Source: Eledone cirrhosa
Lineage: Eukaryota
DNA: 64,000 nt
Assembly: GCA_964016885.1 (NCBI GenBank)
Contig: OZ024741.1
Location: 323,578,001-323,642,000, forward strand
Reading direction: 5' to 3'
The position numbers and the translations under genes were made by a program. Positions 45,069 through 63,468 of the stretch are shown piece after piece. The notes under the pieces are model-generated. The model was not told the DNA's origin. It made no database searches and saw only the letters and a program-made list of their open reading frames with translations. Within the stretch, counting starts at the first letter, position 1. Each line of letters starts with the position of its first letter.

Positions 45069-46095
45069 TGTGACACTACAGTGCTAGACTATTATTATTG
45101 TACTGCAATACATTGGGTATCTTAGTGGAAAAATTGAAGTCGGAAATAAATCAAACGAATACCTGCTGATGAAGATGTTCACTGCTTTAATTGCGACATA
45201 ACTATTAGACGCAGTTACGACTTGTGAATGCAAAGGACTACTCGTGCTGCACAATATAAGATGTATCAGAAGCCGTGATGGTCCGGGTGAGGAATTCTTT
45301 TCCCTTTTGGTATTCGTCGTTGATGTTGTTATATACTATAGTTGCATGAACGAACACATTAAGTTATACGAAGGAAACACCATAAATAATATATAGACCA
45401 GATGTATGGCTGCATACACCTGGTCTATATATTATTCATGGTGTTTCCCTCGTATAACTTAATGTGTTCATTCTGATGGAGGAATTAATTTATTTCTCAC
45501 ACCATTGAGTGCTTAGGGACTACCTAAAACAGTTTGACTGGTGTTGCCCTATTGCAGCTTCAGCTTCGATGTGATACTTGAAATAATATATATATATAAC
45601 ATTTCAGGAACATACAACTCGGTATGGATACTTCTGTCGATCGTCATTTCTGTTCCCCAGGCCACTCCTCTCTACATTTCTCAGTCCTTGGTGTCTTTTT
45701 ACATCACGAGTCCCCAGAACTAGGCAGAATCTGTTTTTCCACCTTGGGTTCAATTTCCCCAATGAACTCAACACTCCTCCCCAATTTTTTTAATTTTACA
45801 CATACGTTAATCATACACAAAACGCCAGCATCAACAGTTTTTCAAGAGATGGCAAGACTAATGGACGTGTTATCTTTCTGTAAACAATTTTTTTCGGTTT
45901 CTGCCCTGCCCGTCTCCTCAATCTTTATATTTCTTCTTTAATTTCTCATTCTATTTTCTGATGAAGGAATAGTGCCCGAAATGTTAAGACTATTTTCCTA
46001 CTATATCAAGCGTAAAACTAATAATATATTTCTTCATTGTACTGTGTCGTTTGCTTTATTATTTCAGTTTGCCCTTTGCATACACGCACGCACAC

Positions 46096-46228
<133 letters not shown>

Positions 46229-46388
46229 CACACACACACACACACGCACCCCCCACACACATACACCCCCCCACACACAGAAACACACATATATATATAT
46301 ATGTATGCATGCAAAGGCAAACATCATATATATATGTATATATATATAAACATGTGTATATATATATGTATATATATATATATATGTA

Positions 46389-46462
<74 letters not shown>

Positions 46463-46468
<6 letters not shown>

Positions 46469-47718
46469 AAAGAATAGAGGTGTAACACACAAGTTATTAT
46501 ATATTGGTAAACGGAATAGAAAATGCTGACAAATTGTTCACAGTTGAAAAATGGTTTAATTAGGAATAAAAGAGTATTAGTGATTGTATGGGTTAGTATT
46601 CAGTTGTGGTTTTAAGTTTTTAAGTTTTTACCGGTTGCGCATTTCTAAATGCTTTTCAAAAATAATTTTGAGATAGAGTGTCCGTGCTGTTTGCTCCGAT
46701 CTGATTAGTTTTGGGAATTCTACCTGTTTTTATGTTAAAAAAGTGGCTCCAGCGTTATTTTTGTGTTGCAAAAATGCTTGTGGTCAAAACAATTTTGATT
46801 GGTCGGTAGAGGTCATGTGAATGTAAAAAGTTGATTTTGCGCCAAGACTGTTTTTATGTTAAAATGTTAAAAAAGTGGCTCCAGCAAAAATTATTGGTCA
46901 AAACAATTTTGATTGGTCGGTAGAGGTCATGTGATAGTAAAACACAATTTCACATGTGCATCGGAAAATCTAATATATGTATTAACTTGTTCAGGTTGTC
47001 GAGAACAATACATAGGCCAGACCAAAAAACAGCCTCCGCCAACGCATGACTGTCCATAGATCCCAAATTAAAATACGGGAATACAGGAAAATACCACTGA
47101 GTGAACACATTGATACCTGTGCCGCCCAAAATCATCCCAACTTCAGAATCTTTCCCCTCTACAAATTTAAAGATAATGCCACCCACACCCAGCGCATCAG
47201 CAAGGAATCTTACTTCATTAACAAATACGGACCCCGTCTAAACACTTCTCCCTAAGACGAACCCACAACATACACACGTCAACATACATACCTACATCAG
47301 CACACATCTCTACCCACATATAAACACAATGACACACGTAAACACACATGCTCTATGATGCAATACAAAAAAATATATGTGCATATATATGTATGTATAT
47401 ATGTATATATATATATATGTAGTGAATGTGTGTATGTGTGTGTATATATATAGTGAATATCATTTCACACCTTTTATTGTTAAGATTTTTGATGTTCTAT
47501 TAAGAGAACCGATTTTACTGAAGAAATCGAATAATGTACACCATTTTACCAGGGGAAAAAAAATACTGGTCCCCCCCCACACACATATATACACAAACAC
47601 ATACACACGCGTACATCAACATACAAAGAGACTTATACACACACACACACGCACTTCTCCGTATAAGACAAAAGCTGAAAAATATCTTTTGACCTTCGAA
47701 TGACTTTGCTGTGTATAT

Positions 47719-47752
<34 letters not shown>

Positions 47753-47821
47753 ATCTTAATAGCCATTTGACACACATCGCTGCTGGCCATTGTCGCAGCA
47801 TCGAACACCTTACTACTACTA

Positions 47822-47872
<51 letters not shown>

Positions 47873-48330
47873 CACACACACACACACACACATATTTGTT
47901 GTGAAAGAGTCATTTCTCAATCTTGGCGCAAAACCAATTTTTTATCCACATGACCTCTACCGACCAATCAAAATTGTTTTGACCAATAATTTTTGCTGGA
48001 GCCACTTTTTTAACATTTTAACATAAAAATATTCTTGGCGCAAAATCAACTTTTTATATTCACATGACCTCTACCGACCAATCAAAATTGTTTTGACCAC
48101 AAGCATTTTTGCAACACAAAAATAACGCTGGAGCCACTTTTTTAACATAAAAACAGGTAGAATTCCCAAAACTAATCAGATCAGAGCAAACAGCACGGAC
48201 ACTCTATCTCAAAATTATTTTTGAAAAGCATTTAGAAATGCGCAACCGGTAAAAATTTAAAAACTTAAAACCACAACTGAATACTAACCCATACAATCAC
48301 TAATACTCTTTTATTCCTAATTAAACCATT

Positions 48331-48331
<1 letters not shown>
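46463..48331 (+). mobile_element. 5'-truncated PLE (GIY-YIG end at ~46977-47255) with an inverted pLTR upstream
   Basis: YVLTCSGCREQYIGQT, then a frameshift to RQRMTVHRSQI...EHIDTC...KESYFINKYGPRLN; ~385 bp inverted arms at 46548-46933 and 47947-48331. Confidence 0.88.
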
Positions 48332-48379
<48 letters not shown>

Positions 48380-48514
48380 GCATCAAGACAAATTTTTATA
48401 AAAGCGCATGATGAATTGGCTGCTAGACACATAAAGCGTAGCTGTTATCGCTGTATAAATAAGTTACAAATGGATTATTTTAAATAAAATATTTTTACAG
48501 TATTTCTATAATGA

Positions 48515-48793
48515 ATGCAGTCATACAACATGTGTAGTAAAATACGGATAGCTTTCATAAAGCCGGTACAATGCAGTATAAAATATACCTCCTCGTACAT
48601 CGGAAGTACCATTCGGATGTTGCACATACGGATCAAAGAGCACATGATGATGAGACCTGTTAAGAAAAATCTTGACAGATGCCGCAGCCAAGACATTCAG
48701 GTCACCATAGAGGTGACAGAAAGAAGTATAGACAATTTAAGAATCAAAGAGGCCATTATCATCTGTCAGAAAAAACAAAACAAAGAGACATAA
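48515..48793 (+). pseudogene. PLE GIY-YIG endonuclease fragment
   Basis: SYIGSTIRMLHIRIKEH...DNLRIKEAII, similar to 30651-30944. Confidence 0.8.
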
Positions 48794-49227
48794 CAGATAG
48801 GAAATTCACGATGCAGACTGGTTACTATGACGACTCCATGCACGCGTATTACAGACACGTAAGCGAGTTAGGGAAGAATACATCGATTGTTCGTGTTGTT
48901 TTATTTTGAACTGTTTCAGTTCCGCATTTGGAAAGTGAGTAATAATTCTGAAATATCATGTTAAAATACACTGGGTAAAACATACTTTTTTTGTTTTATT
49001 ATCATCATTTGCCCTTCGTATTTTTCTGCTGCATTGTATCGACTTTTTGAAAATTATTGGTCTTTTACTCTAGTCAGGAACGGCATCACAACGCCTACTA
49101 CCTTCGTAGCTTTAGAATATTCTGGATGGAAAGCAAGTGGACCGACCGAGTCACCAACGCAGAATTCCTCAATTGAATAAATTTGGTTTGCTTTTACTTT
49201 GAAGTTCAGTGAACCAAATTTATTCAA

Positions 49228-52335
<3,108 letters not shown>

Positions 52336-52951
52336 GAGATGATATAAAGTATATATTTTTCGTTTCTTACTATTATTATTATTATTATTATATAGATTGG
52401 CAGTATCGATAGAGAGTCGGGCGCCATGCTTTCCAGCATAGTTACGTCCCTTTACTGAGTTCAAATCCCGCCGAGGTTAACTTTGCCTTTCATCCTTTCG
52501 GGGTCGATAAAATAAAGTACCAGTAATGTACTGGGTATTTGCTGGCCTTGTGCCAAAAGTAGAAACAATTATTATTAAATACACACAACTTAACCTCGGC
52601 GAGATTTTAACTCAGTTATGACCCTTTATGGTCTGAGTTCAAATCCCGCCGAGGTTAACTTTGCCTTTCATCCTTACGAGGTCGATAAAATAAAGTACCA
52701 GTAATACACTGTGGTAATTTCTAGTCTTGTGCCCAAAGTAGAAGCAATTATTATATACACACATAATTACACATACACACACACACACAGACAAACACAC
52801 ACAGATACACATACACACACATATGTGTGTGTGTGTGTGTGTGCGTGCGTGTTAATTGTACTTTGTTATTTGCTTTGCTGGTTTTCGTTTACTTTCCGCA
52901 TATATATATTTATATATATATATATATGTGAACATACATATTCATGTATCC

Positions 52952-53067
<116 letters not shown>

Positions 53068-53572
53068 CTATTTCAGAGCAACAATTCTAATTTTCAATTT
53101 CTGTTTGACCGGCAACCGCTCTGTATAATCAGTTCCTGATTATTACTAAGAATTCTATAAGAATCAAACGTTTATGATTTTCAGCAAACAGGAGGAGTAG
53201 TTAGCTTTGATAAGCATAACAAAATGCGAAACAGAGCTCTGTCAGCTTTATCTCCCCTGTTTGCTGAAAATTAAAGTAAGTGAGACTGTCACTACTCTAA
53301 AACAATAGCATAAGGTCTTCGAAATGCTTTTAATTAAGCATACAATGTATTGCAAAATACACTATATATATATATATATATATAATATTCAGGATACTAT
53401 TTATGGTTATGTATATTTTAAACTTTTTATAGTTATGTATATTTTAAACCCTAAACAGTGAAGGTCAGTAATTTATTACTACCTTATTACCAGTAAGATA
53501 AATAGTTCAATGTAATAACATCAGTTGTTCTACAGACCAGTTATATAGAATATAACTATATATATAAGAACA

Positions 53573-53631
<59 letters not shown>

Positions 53632-53708
53632 TAATTAGGTCGTCAAGTATGAAATTTGTAGAAATTTGTTTTTTTCTACAAATTTCTACAGATTTCATAC
53701 CTGACGAC

Positions 53709-54101
<393 letters not shown>

Positions 54102-54425
54102 TACATATATATGTATTGTACATACATACACGTTCAGGTGCTCCAGTGTGTTTTCTGTCAATACATGCAATATAGATTAAATCAAATTTGTGAGAATCTA
54201 TTTTAACTTTTCACCAGAGAATCTTGCTAACAGCAACAATTACTCTGTTCCCGAGTGGGCGCCTCGTAGAAAACCTCTTCCTATATTTCAAGATGAAGAT
54301 TAGCTGAAGATCTTATGATTAATACGTAAATCGTATCACATGTAGTGTTATCGTATTGAGTGAAAGAGAAAGTGAGAGATAAATAGATAGGGAGAGAGAA
54401 AGAGATGGAGAAGGAGAGAGAGGTG

Positions 54426-54509
<84 letters not shown>

Positions 54510-54530
54510 AAGGGAGAGAGAGAGTGAGTG

Positions 54531-54594
<64 letters not shown>

Positions 54595-54643
54595 GTACAG
54601 TAAAAAGAGAAGAATGGATATTTGTATGTATATATATATATAT

Positions 54644-54717
<74 letters not shown>

Positions 54718-54864
54718 GGGATGTTTGTTTACAAACACACCGAGCATTATAATAAATGTTTTGGTGAATCCATACGTACATATATATATGTGTGCATGTA
54801 TGTATATATATATACATACTACTGTACGTCTGTATACATATATGTATGTACGTATACATACTTA

Positions 54865-54933
<69 letters not shown>

Positions 54934-56340
54934 GTAGTGGTGGAGCAATCAGTCCATATATATATATATAAAGAGAGAGAGAGAGAGGGGGGGGGGGAGT
55001 AATGATGAGAAATAAAAGCGAAAAGGAGGAAGACGTAGAGCATGAAAAAGATGACGAAAATGACGATTATGACAACGAAGAAGAAGAGAAAGAAGATAGA
55101 AGAAAATGGTATGTGAGAATATGTGAGAGAAGGAAAGAAGACACAAGTTGCTTCAACTAATATTAGTATAATCAATAAAAGAGTTGCAATAAGAAGATAG
55201 TCTCTTATGCAAACAATAGTGAACTACACAAATACCAATTGATACATAATAGCGGGGATTTGTAACCGCTGTCAAAGCTACTATAGTTAATCAGATACAT
55301 ACATACACACATACATACATATGTACATACATAGATGCATACGTACGTACATACATACGTACATACGTACGTATATACATAAATACGTACGTATATACAT
55401 AATACACACATTTACACACACACATACATACATACATACATACATACATACATACATACATACATACATACATACATACATACATACATGATGGCTGCCA
55501 ACTCGTTTTCGAGTACGGCCACTACTTTATATCCATGTAGGAGAACCCCTACCGAAGCGCTGAACGAGTGTGACTTTTTAGTCCAGCCAGCGACTTGAAA
55601 ACTCTGGTACAAACACTACACTTGTGACAATTATTGACACATAGTGCTGGGCCCATGGTACCATGTGATGACAAGTGCAGAGAGATCTCCAGATATAAAG
55701 CAATTCCTGTGCCGTGAAGCTTTTATAGTGAGCAAAGGCACTGCACAAAGCCAGTCCCACTTTCTTAACCAAGATGATATTTACCAAAAAGAAGAACAAG
55801 TCAACATCATTGGATACCATCAGGGTTGCAGGTGTTATATCAGAGTTTTCCTTTTCCTAGAATTCTGCCTTGACAAAGGCTAAGGAGTCATCTCATACAT
55901 ACATACATACATGCATACATGGAGGGCTCTCAGTCGGTAACGACGACGAGTGTTCCAGTTGATCCAATCAACGGAACAGCCTGCTCGTGAAATTAACGTG
56001 CAAGTGGCTGAGCATTCCACAAACACGCGTACCCATAACCTAGTTCTCAGGGAGATTCGGCATGACATAGAATGTGTCAAGACTGGCCCTTCGAATTACA
56101 GGTACAACTCATTTTTGCCAACTGAGTGAACTGGAGCAATGTGCCCAAGGACACAGCGCGCTGCCTGGAATCGAACTCACGACCTTACGATCGTGAGCCG
56201 AATTTCCTAACCACAAAACCATACAAACATACATACGTACATAGATACATACATACATACATATAAACATACATACGTACATAGATACATACATACATAT
56301 AAACACATACGTACATAAATATATACAAACATACGTTCTT

Positions 56341-56384
<44 letters not shown>

Positions 56385-56427
56385 ACACACACACACACAT
56401 ACACATACACACACGAACCCACACACA

Positions 56428-57255
56428 TCTATCTATACATATATATAAAAGTGAAATTGTCTGTGTGTGTGTCCTTATTTTTGCAAAGTCTATACAAATC
56501 CACATTTCTACTCTGATTGACTTCAAACTTGCATTTATATATTCCTTGCGGTCTAAAGATATTAACTGCAGCTTTTATGTTTCAATTTTCTGTTGTTAAA
56601 GGGGTGTTAGGCGCCGGTTATCGATCTCCGTCGAGCCCATATAATATCTGTCTGTATGTCTGACTGTCTGCATTACGACATTATGACAAACATTGATGAC
56701 GTATTATCTTCGCTATTTTCCGTTCATTGCCAGGGCACGTCTTCACGAACCAAAGTATCGTCCTCCTGTTTTCCTTCGGTTGCAATGTTTTTCGAAATAT
56801 TTACTTCTGCGTTCATAGATTGATGTTTTTAGTTTCAGAAGATCCCGTTAAGGGTGAAAGCAGCAATTCTTTGCTTAAACTTTAATCTGTTATTTTAAGA
56901 GAGAAAGAGTAATTTAGTGGAAAGTGTGCGAATGAACTTTTGAGGTAAGTAGCCTACGCCTTACTGCTATTATACTGGAACCTTCTGCCAACTTAACCTG
57001 TGACTTTCTCTTTCACATTTACTCCAATAGGCCAAAACAGAGGAGTATGAAAAGAAGGGGCTCAACAATATTTCTATGAACAATGCACGTAGACAGCTAA
57101 ACTGTACTTTCAACTTCTTAATTTTCTCCAAATAAAACAAGTTTCCTGTCGGTATATTTTCGTGAGTTTCTAACAGGCACTCACAAATAAACGTTTCTCA
57201 TTGGAGGTGCTATTAACAATGTTATTACCCGTGCAACGCCGGGATACACTGCTAG
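56428..57255 (+). mobile_element. Non-autonomous Helitron (~830 bp)
   Basis: 5' A|TC start; 3' hairpin CCCGTGCAACGCCGGG then CTAG|T at 57252-57256; no TSD. Confidence 0.82.
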
Positions 57256-57663
57256 TGTATAGTAAAGGCTACCAATTTTTTCTGCTACTTAAACTTAAAT
57301 AATGCAATTTTATACACAAAAAAATTTACAACAAAAATTATTGGCCTATACCGATGTTCAGTGCAGTGCAGGTGCAAGTTTCGATCCTTTTGATAGTTCC
57401 ATCATATTTTCCCTCTCATATTTCGCATGTATAAAAATGTAGATTTTAGAATATCACCATAAAAACCTTAGTGCCCTACCCTTAGCTTTAGAACATCCTA
57501 CACGATCAAGAACCTCCATTACAATATGGTGGACTGAATGAGTTGGTATTATGTCCAATGAAACTAGAGTATCTCTTTAATGCCACTGTTGTGAACTCCC
57601 CCTCTCTCTCTGTAAATATATATATATATCATTCCACAATGCTTGAAGCAAACTTCAACACTC

Positions 57664-57742
<79 letters not shown>

Positions 57743-58411
57743 CGTGTGTGTGGTGTGTGTGTGTGTGTGTGTGTATATGGGGATGAACCATCCATTTATA
57801 TATGATGTTTTGGCCAAGCATTTATTTTGCAGGGTTATTCGCTCTTGGCACGTCAGCTACAGGATCAGTGCTACCTGCTCTTTGCGGGTTGGCGAGTGGT
57901 ATTGCCTGAGACCTCCATGGGTGGGTGGTGGCTGGTCACAGCCTTGCTGGCCGGTTTCGTGTTGTTGCACCACCACCATCACCACCAGGTCACGGCATAT
58001 GCGGGTGTTGGGGTTGTGGTCAACAGAAGGTAAAGATGCAGCACTACTTATCCAATTCGTCAAGTTGTGGCTATGTTTGGACGTAACTAACAGGGAACTC
58101 CAATAGTCACCGCAACCATTGTGACCAATAGTTGGCGCACGGCCACGCGCCAATTTAAGTTAATGACCCACTTTCTTGGGTTTCTGTGAGCCTCTTCACT
58201 CTAACGTAAGTGTACATAAAGGGATCACTTGATCTATTTCAACAGCTTGAAGGTGTTCTGTGCCTATGAACGTGTATATGATGAGATGTTAATGCAGAGT
58301 CGAGCCCCGACTATTATGATCCAACCCTGAGCTGATTGTTATCGAAACAATTGTCATATGCAATAAAGTTGTATATATATATACATGTTGCCAATAAGAA
58401 ATTCAGAAACG

Positions 58412-58454
<43 letters not shown>

Positions 58455-58758
58455 ACTAGGTGCTGCCGGGATTCGAATTCCCGATTCTAAAATCGCGAAG
58501 CGACAGAGAAGACATCGTTAGTCACCTAAGAGTATTAAAACGGTCAACTGAGTATAATTCACTCTTCTCATCGTTCTCTTTCTCCTTCCATCCTACACTG
58601 TTCGTGTTCTTCTTCCTGAGCAGGAAGTCCATTGGCAACATTATAATTGTTTCATAATGAAGAAATGAAGACTGTCTGGAGAGGAAGTTGAAATCGATTT
58701 AACGTGACTATGATGCTGCCTCTTTGATATCCGTCAATATTTCATTCTGTTTTCGCCA

Positions 58759-58975
<217 letters not shown>

Positions 58976-58986
58976 TATATACACAT

Positions 58987-59041
<55 letters not shown>

Positions 59042-59204
59042 GGAGGTGAGTTTTATTGTAGTGCAATAAAGCAATGCAGATATCGGATATGTAGCACTCT
59101 ACAGTTTGTAGGACTGGAGTATTTCCCACTCTACTACCCTAAGTATTGAGTGCGTTATGGTCCATCTGGTCCCTTACAAAATTCCTTTGTTATATATATA
59201 AATT

Positions 59205-59875
59205 AGGTAAATATCTCACTGAGTACTAAGTACCCATAGAGATATATAGGGTGTCTATAATATAATTGTTGTTCTATGGTACTAATTCGAGATACCAGAA
59301 CTATATAAATTGATGAGCAGAACAAACAAACATTAAATAATCCTTTAAATAAATTAAAAAATGATTTAAATATCTACCTGTTCATAATGCTATTACCGGC
59401 GGTTTCCATCTACAAAAGATTAGAAATTCGGAGAATTTCCAACGGAAAGTAAACTTCATCAGATAGCTATTTCATTTCTATAGGACATATGTCCTACGGT
59501 CTGCAAATATAATGCCAACTACCAGCTCGTATGAGTTATGGCCGTTAAAGTGACCCACACGTGAACCGGCCGCTAGTGAAAGCGGGAATATTACAGACTT
59601 GTTGATGGCTTGGCTGCTAAAAAATAGCAGTAAGCAACAACGAATTTTTTCTCTACATAGATTGGAGAATATATAAAAATGAGGTAAATATCTCACTGAG
59701 TACTAAGTACCCATAGAGATATATAGGGTGTCTATAATATAATTGTTGTTCTATGGTTTCTAATCTTTTGTAAACGGAAACCGCCGGTAATAGCATTATG
59801 AACAGGTAGATATTTAAATCATTTTTTAATTTATTTAAAGGATTATTTAATGTTTGTTTGTTCTGCTCATCAATT

Positions 59876-59880
<5 letters not shown>
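59205..59880 (-). repeat. 477-bp-period partial tandem plus inverted segment, with HHR at 59389-59467(-); diverged relative of the 32.7-33.8 kb family
   Basis: AGGTAAATATCTCACTGAG at 59205 and 59682; GCTAT CTGATGA...GAAA CCGCCGG TA ATAGC; shared GTACTAAGTACCC motif. Confidence 0.85.
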
Positions 59881-59906
<26 letters not shown>

Positions 59907-60671
59907 ATATATATGCCGGGTCACTCTTGAGTGCTACTGGTAACATGTAACCCAGTACAACCTGTTACATGGTCGGGTCGTCGGCAACTAAACCGGCAAC
60001 CCCACCAATTTTACTTGGTGAGGAGGGTGATTTTGGACACCCTTTGATTTTGGACAAAAAACAAAACCTGACAAAGGGCGGAAGAACTCATAAGAGTCAA
60101 CGGCCATTCAAAAGTGTGTAAATATGTATATACACATGTACATGTGTATTATATGTATATGTGTGTATACACGGGTGCACGTGTGTGTACATATGCGCGG
60201 GGACATAGAAATAGTCGGGCTGGACACCCGATTGCGCGGTTAAACCACTGGGAGTGAAGGACCCTAGCTTTTGTCAGGGCATTCTTCTAGGAGAAGGCAA
60301 CTCTGGAAACTGGGATAACTCCGATATAAAACCTGCGGCTCAGTAGTTACCGATGATGTTGAACTTTTCTTCTTTTCGGGTTATAGCTACTGTTGCTCAG
60401 GGAGTGGGATTGGCTCAGTGCACAGTCTTTCCTAAAAAAATATCTTCACGCACAGGCATTGCACGATAGAATTAAGTAATAATTATTAATAATGATATAT
60501 CGTGCAATGGCCATACTCGATAATGAGGGGGCAGCCATCATATATATATATATAGCAAAAGAGTCAGGACACCGACGGCTGAGCTCCGACCGTTTCGACA
60601 GCTAGATCCGAACTATCCGAACTGGTGCGTTATGCTCCACCTGGTTCCTTATCACACTCTCTTTGTTATGT

Positions 60672-60718
<47 letters not shown>

Positions 60719-60930
60719 TGCAAAAGTTCTATTTAAAATTGTTGGGATACAACAAGTAAATATTTTTATAACTGATATAAAGCACTCGACAAGTATTTGG
60801 AGTATATATACGATATTAATAAATGGAAACTATATTTATAAAACCATATTTATTTCATTATACATATTTTGAAATATGTATAATGAAATAAATATGGTTT
60901 TATAAATATAGTTTCCATTTATTAATATCG

Positions 60931-61029
<99 letters not shown>

Positions 61030-61088
61030 GTATATATACATAAATACATACATACATAAATACATACATATATAAATACATACATACA

Positions 61089-61972
61089 ATGTTCAAACAA
61101 GATGAAAAAATTGACCAATTTACAGAAAAAGTTGTGCATGGATACTTGAGACGTAAAACACAGACCATAGAGGGGATAAACCACTCAAAAATCTTGGCAT
61201 GGAGTTCCGACAAGTTTATGACATCACACCTTGAGGGATATCTCTATGCAATACAGGAAAAAGAACTCCCTACCAAATATCTGTTGCACAAAAGGGGAGG
61301 GCCATCAGCTGACAATAAATGTAGGCTATGTAAAACAAAGATCGAGGATGTAAGCCACATTGTTGCCAGCTGCGAAAGAATGTCATCTCGCTACTACCTC
61401 CCCATGAGACACGATGGGATAGCTAGAACCATCTGGAACGCACTTCGGAAAACAAAATTAACAACAAACGAGGAAGAATATATTGAGACAGATGGCACTA
61501 AGGAATACTGGTGGAACCTGAAAATAAAAATTGCCACCAAATTAAAGCACAACCGGCCTGATATTCTGGTTTGGGACCACACATTGAAAACGTGTTCTGT
61601 TGTGGGGATCAGCTGCCCACTTGATGTAAACGTTGTCAGAAAAATACAGGAGAAGGAGAACATCTACGGACCATTGATGAGGAGTTTACAAATCCAGTAT
61701 CCAAGATACACCTTTAGCTTCATACCCATCATTATTTGAGCTACGGGTTATATACCAACCCGCTAGGACCAAAGTATGACTGAACTTGGATTTGCGGACA
61801 AAGAGCGCAGCTCCCTAATTCATAGTCTACAAATGGCTGCAACAGCTGGCACCTTCAAAATTTGCAAAACATTCTTGCGATTCAAGGGATGACAATTTCT
61901 TTTCTTTTACAACCTTGCCACCAGGAAGGTGGCCAGTCAAAAAAATATACTCGAAATTAAGAGAAAGATATA
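61089..61972 (+). mobile_element. R4/Dong-like non-LTR retrotransposon, 3' fragment (CCHC zinc knuckle plus restriction-like endonuclease)
   Basis: AIQE, CRLC-x8-H-x4-C, RHD, RPDILV...EK..IY; premature TGA at 61737-61739, after which the frame continues ATGY. Confidence 0.88.
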
Positions 61973-62247
61973 ACATACATAAATATATGTTAAACAATAT
62001 GAGAAGGTGAAGTAGTTAGTCTACGATCGTTTCAGAGAGCACAATAATCGATATGTTAACCGATCAGTAGCAATTATTAGCTCCATATTATTAGCTTTGA
62101 GAAAATACATTCATTTTGCCGTCCATCTTCAGAAACCACAACTCAACCTTGTCTTATTCTTTAATGGTTTAACATTACATATCACACTCAGTAGCTTTCA
62201 ATACACAACGGCATAACAGATTTCATATATATATATATATGTGTGTA

Positions 62248-62282
<35 letters not shown>

Positions 62283-62468
62283 ATATATATATATATAGTG
62301 GTGGAACACTGGAAGGTAATATCCGTAGTGATAGAGCACTCAGTCCATGGGACGTGTTAGGTAGAAGTGGTTACACAACAGTTAGTTCACCAGTTAGTTT
62401 CCGAGCTGAGGATCCGCTAAGGTGAAACAATTCTTCTCGGTATGGTGAACTAACTGTTGTGTAACCAC

Positions 62469-62543
<75 letters not shown>

Positions 62544-62544
62544 G

Positions 62545-62629
<85 letters not shown>

Positions 62630-63018
62630 CAAATATAAATTCAGCGAGAATCGCATTTCGGCGGGTAGAAAAAGGGAAACGAAACGCAAAAATCAGAGTT
62701 TGGCTGCCAAGCGTTCCCTAGTTAAAAAAACCAGAGCTAAACAATATTTTAAAACGCTATACAAACTGAGAAGTGGTCAAGAAGGCATTAACCACCTAAG
62801 CCAAAAAGCAAATCAAGCTAAACAGGTCAAAACAAAATTAATGATAAAGAAATAGACCTGGACCTATTGGAATTGATGGTAAAATCCAAATGCAGGGTTT
62901 CTATGACACCTTAATCAATAATACTGTCTGCTTAAAACTATAAGCTTTAGGTATAATGATCGAACAAGGTATATCACGTTATCAACAGGTATTTTTCTCT
63001 GTACCAAGTTTGTGAATG

Positions 63019-63065
<47 letters not shown>

Positions 63066-63069
<4 letters not shown>

Positions 63070-63257
63070 AACCAGTAAGACCCCGACAGCTGAGCTCAAG
63101 CCGTTTCGACGGCTAATTCTGGACTGAATTAGCCGTCGAAACGGCTTGAGCTCAGCTGTCGGGGTCTTACTGGTTCCTATTACCCACTCTACTACCTCAA
63201 GTATTGAGTACTTTGGTGCGTTATGGTCCACCTGGTTCCTTACCACATTTATTTCGT
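63066..63257. repeat. Fold-back (~55 bp arms) of a (TA)n-bounded family also at 17835-17990, 21557-21635, 26955-27090, 27940-28087, 59120-59192 and 60555-60668
   Basis: Shared CCCGACGGCTGAGCTC and TACCCACTCTAC...GAGTACT...GGTCCACCTGGTTCC motifs. Confidence 0.85.
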
Positions 63258-63376
<119 letters not shown>

Positions 63377-63429
63377 ATTTATATATATATATATATGTAT
63401 ATATGTATATATATATATGTATATATGTA

Positions 63430-63468
<39 letters not shown>

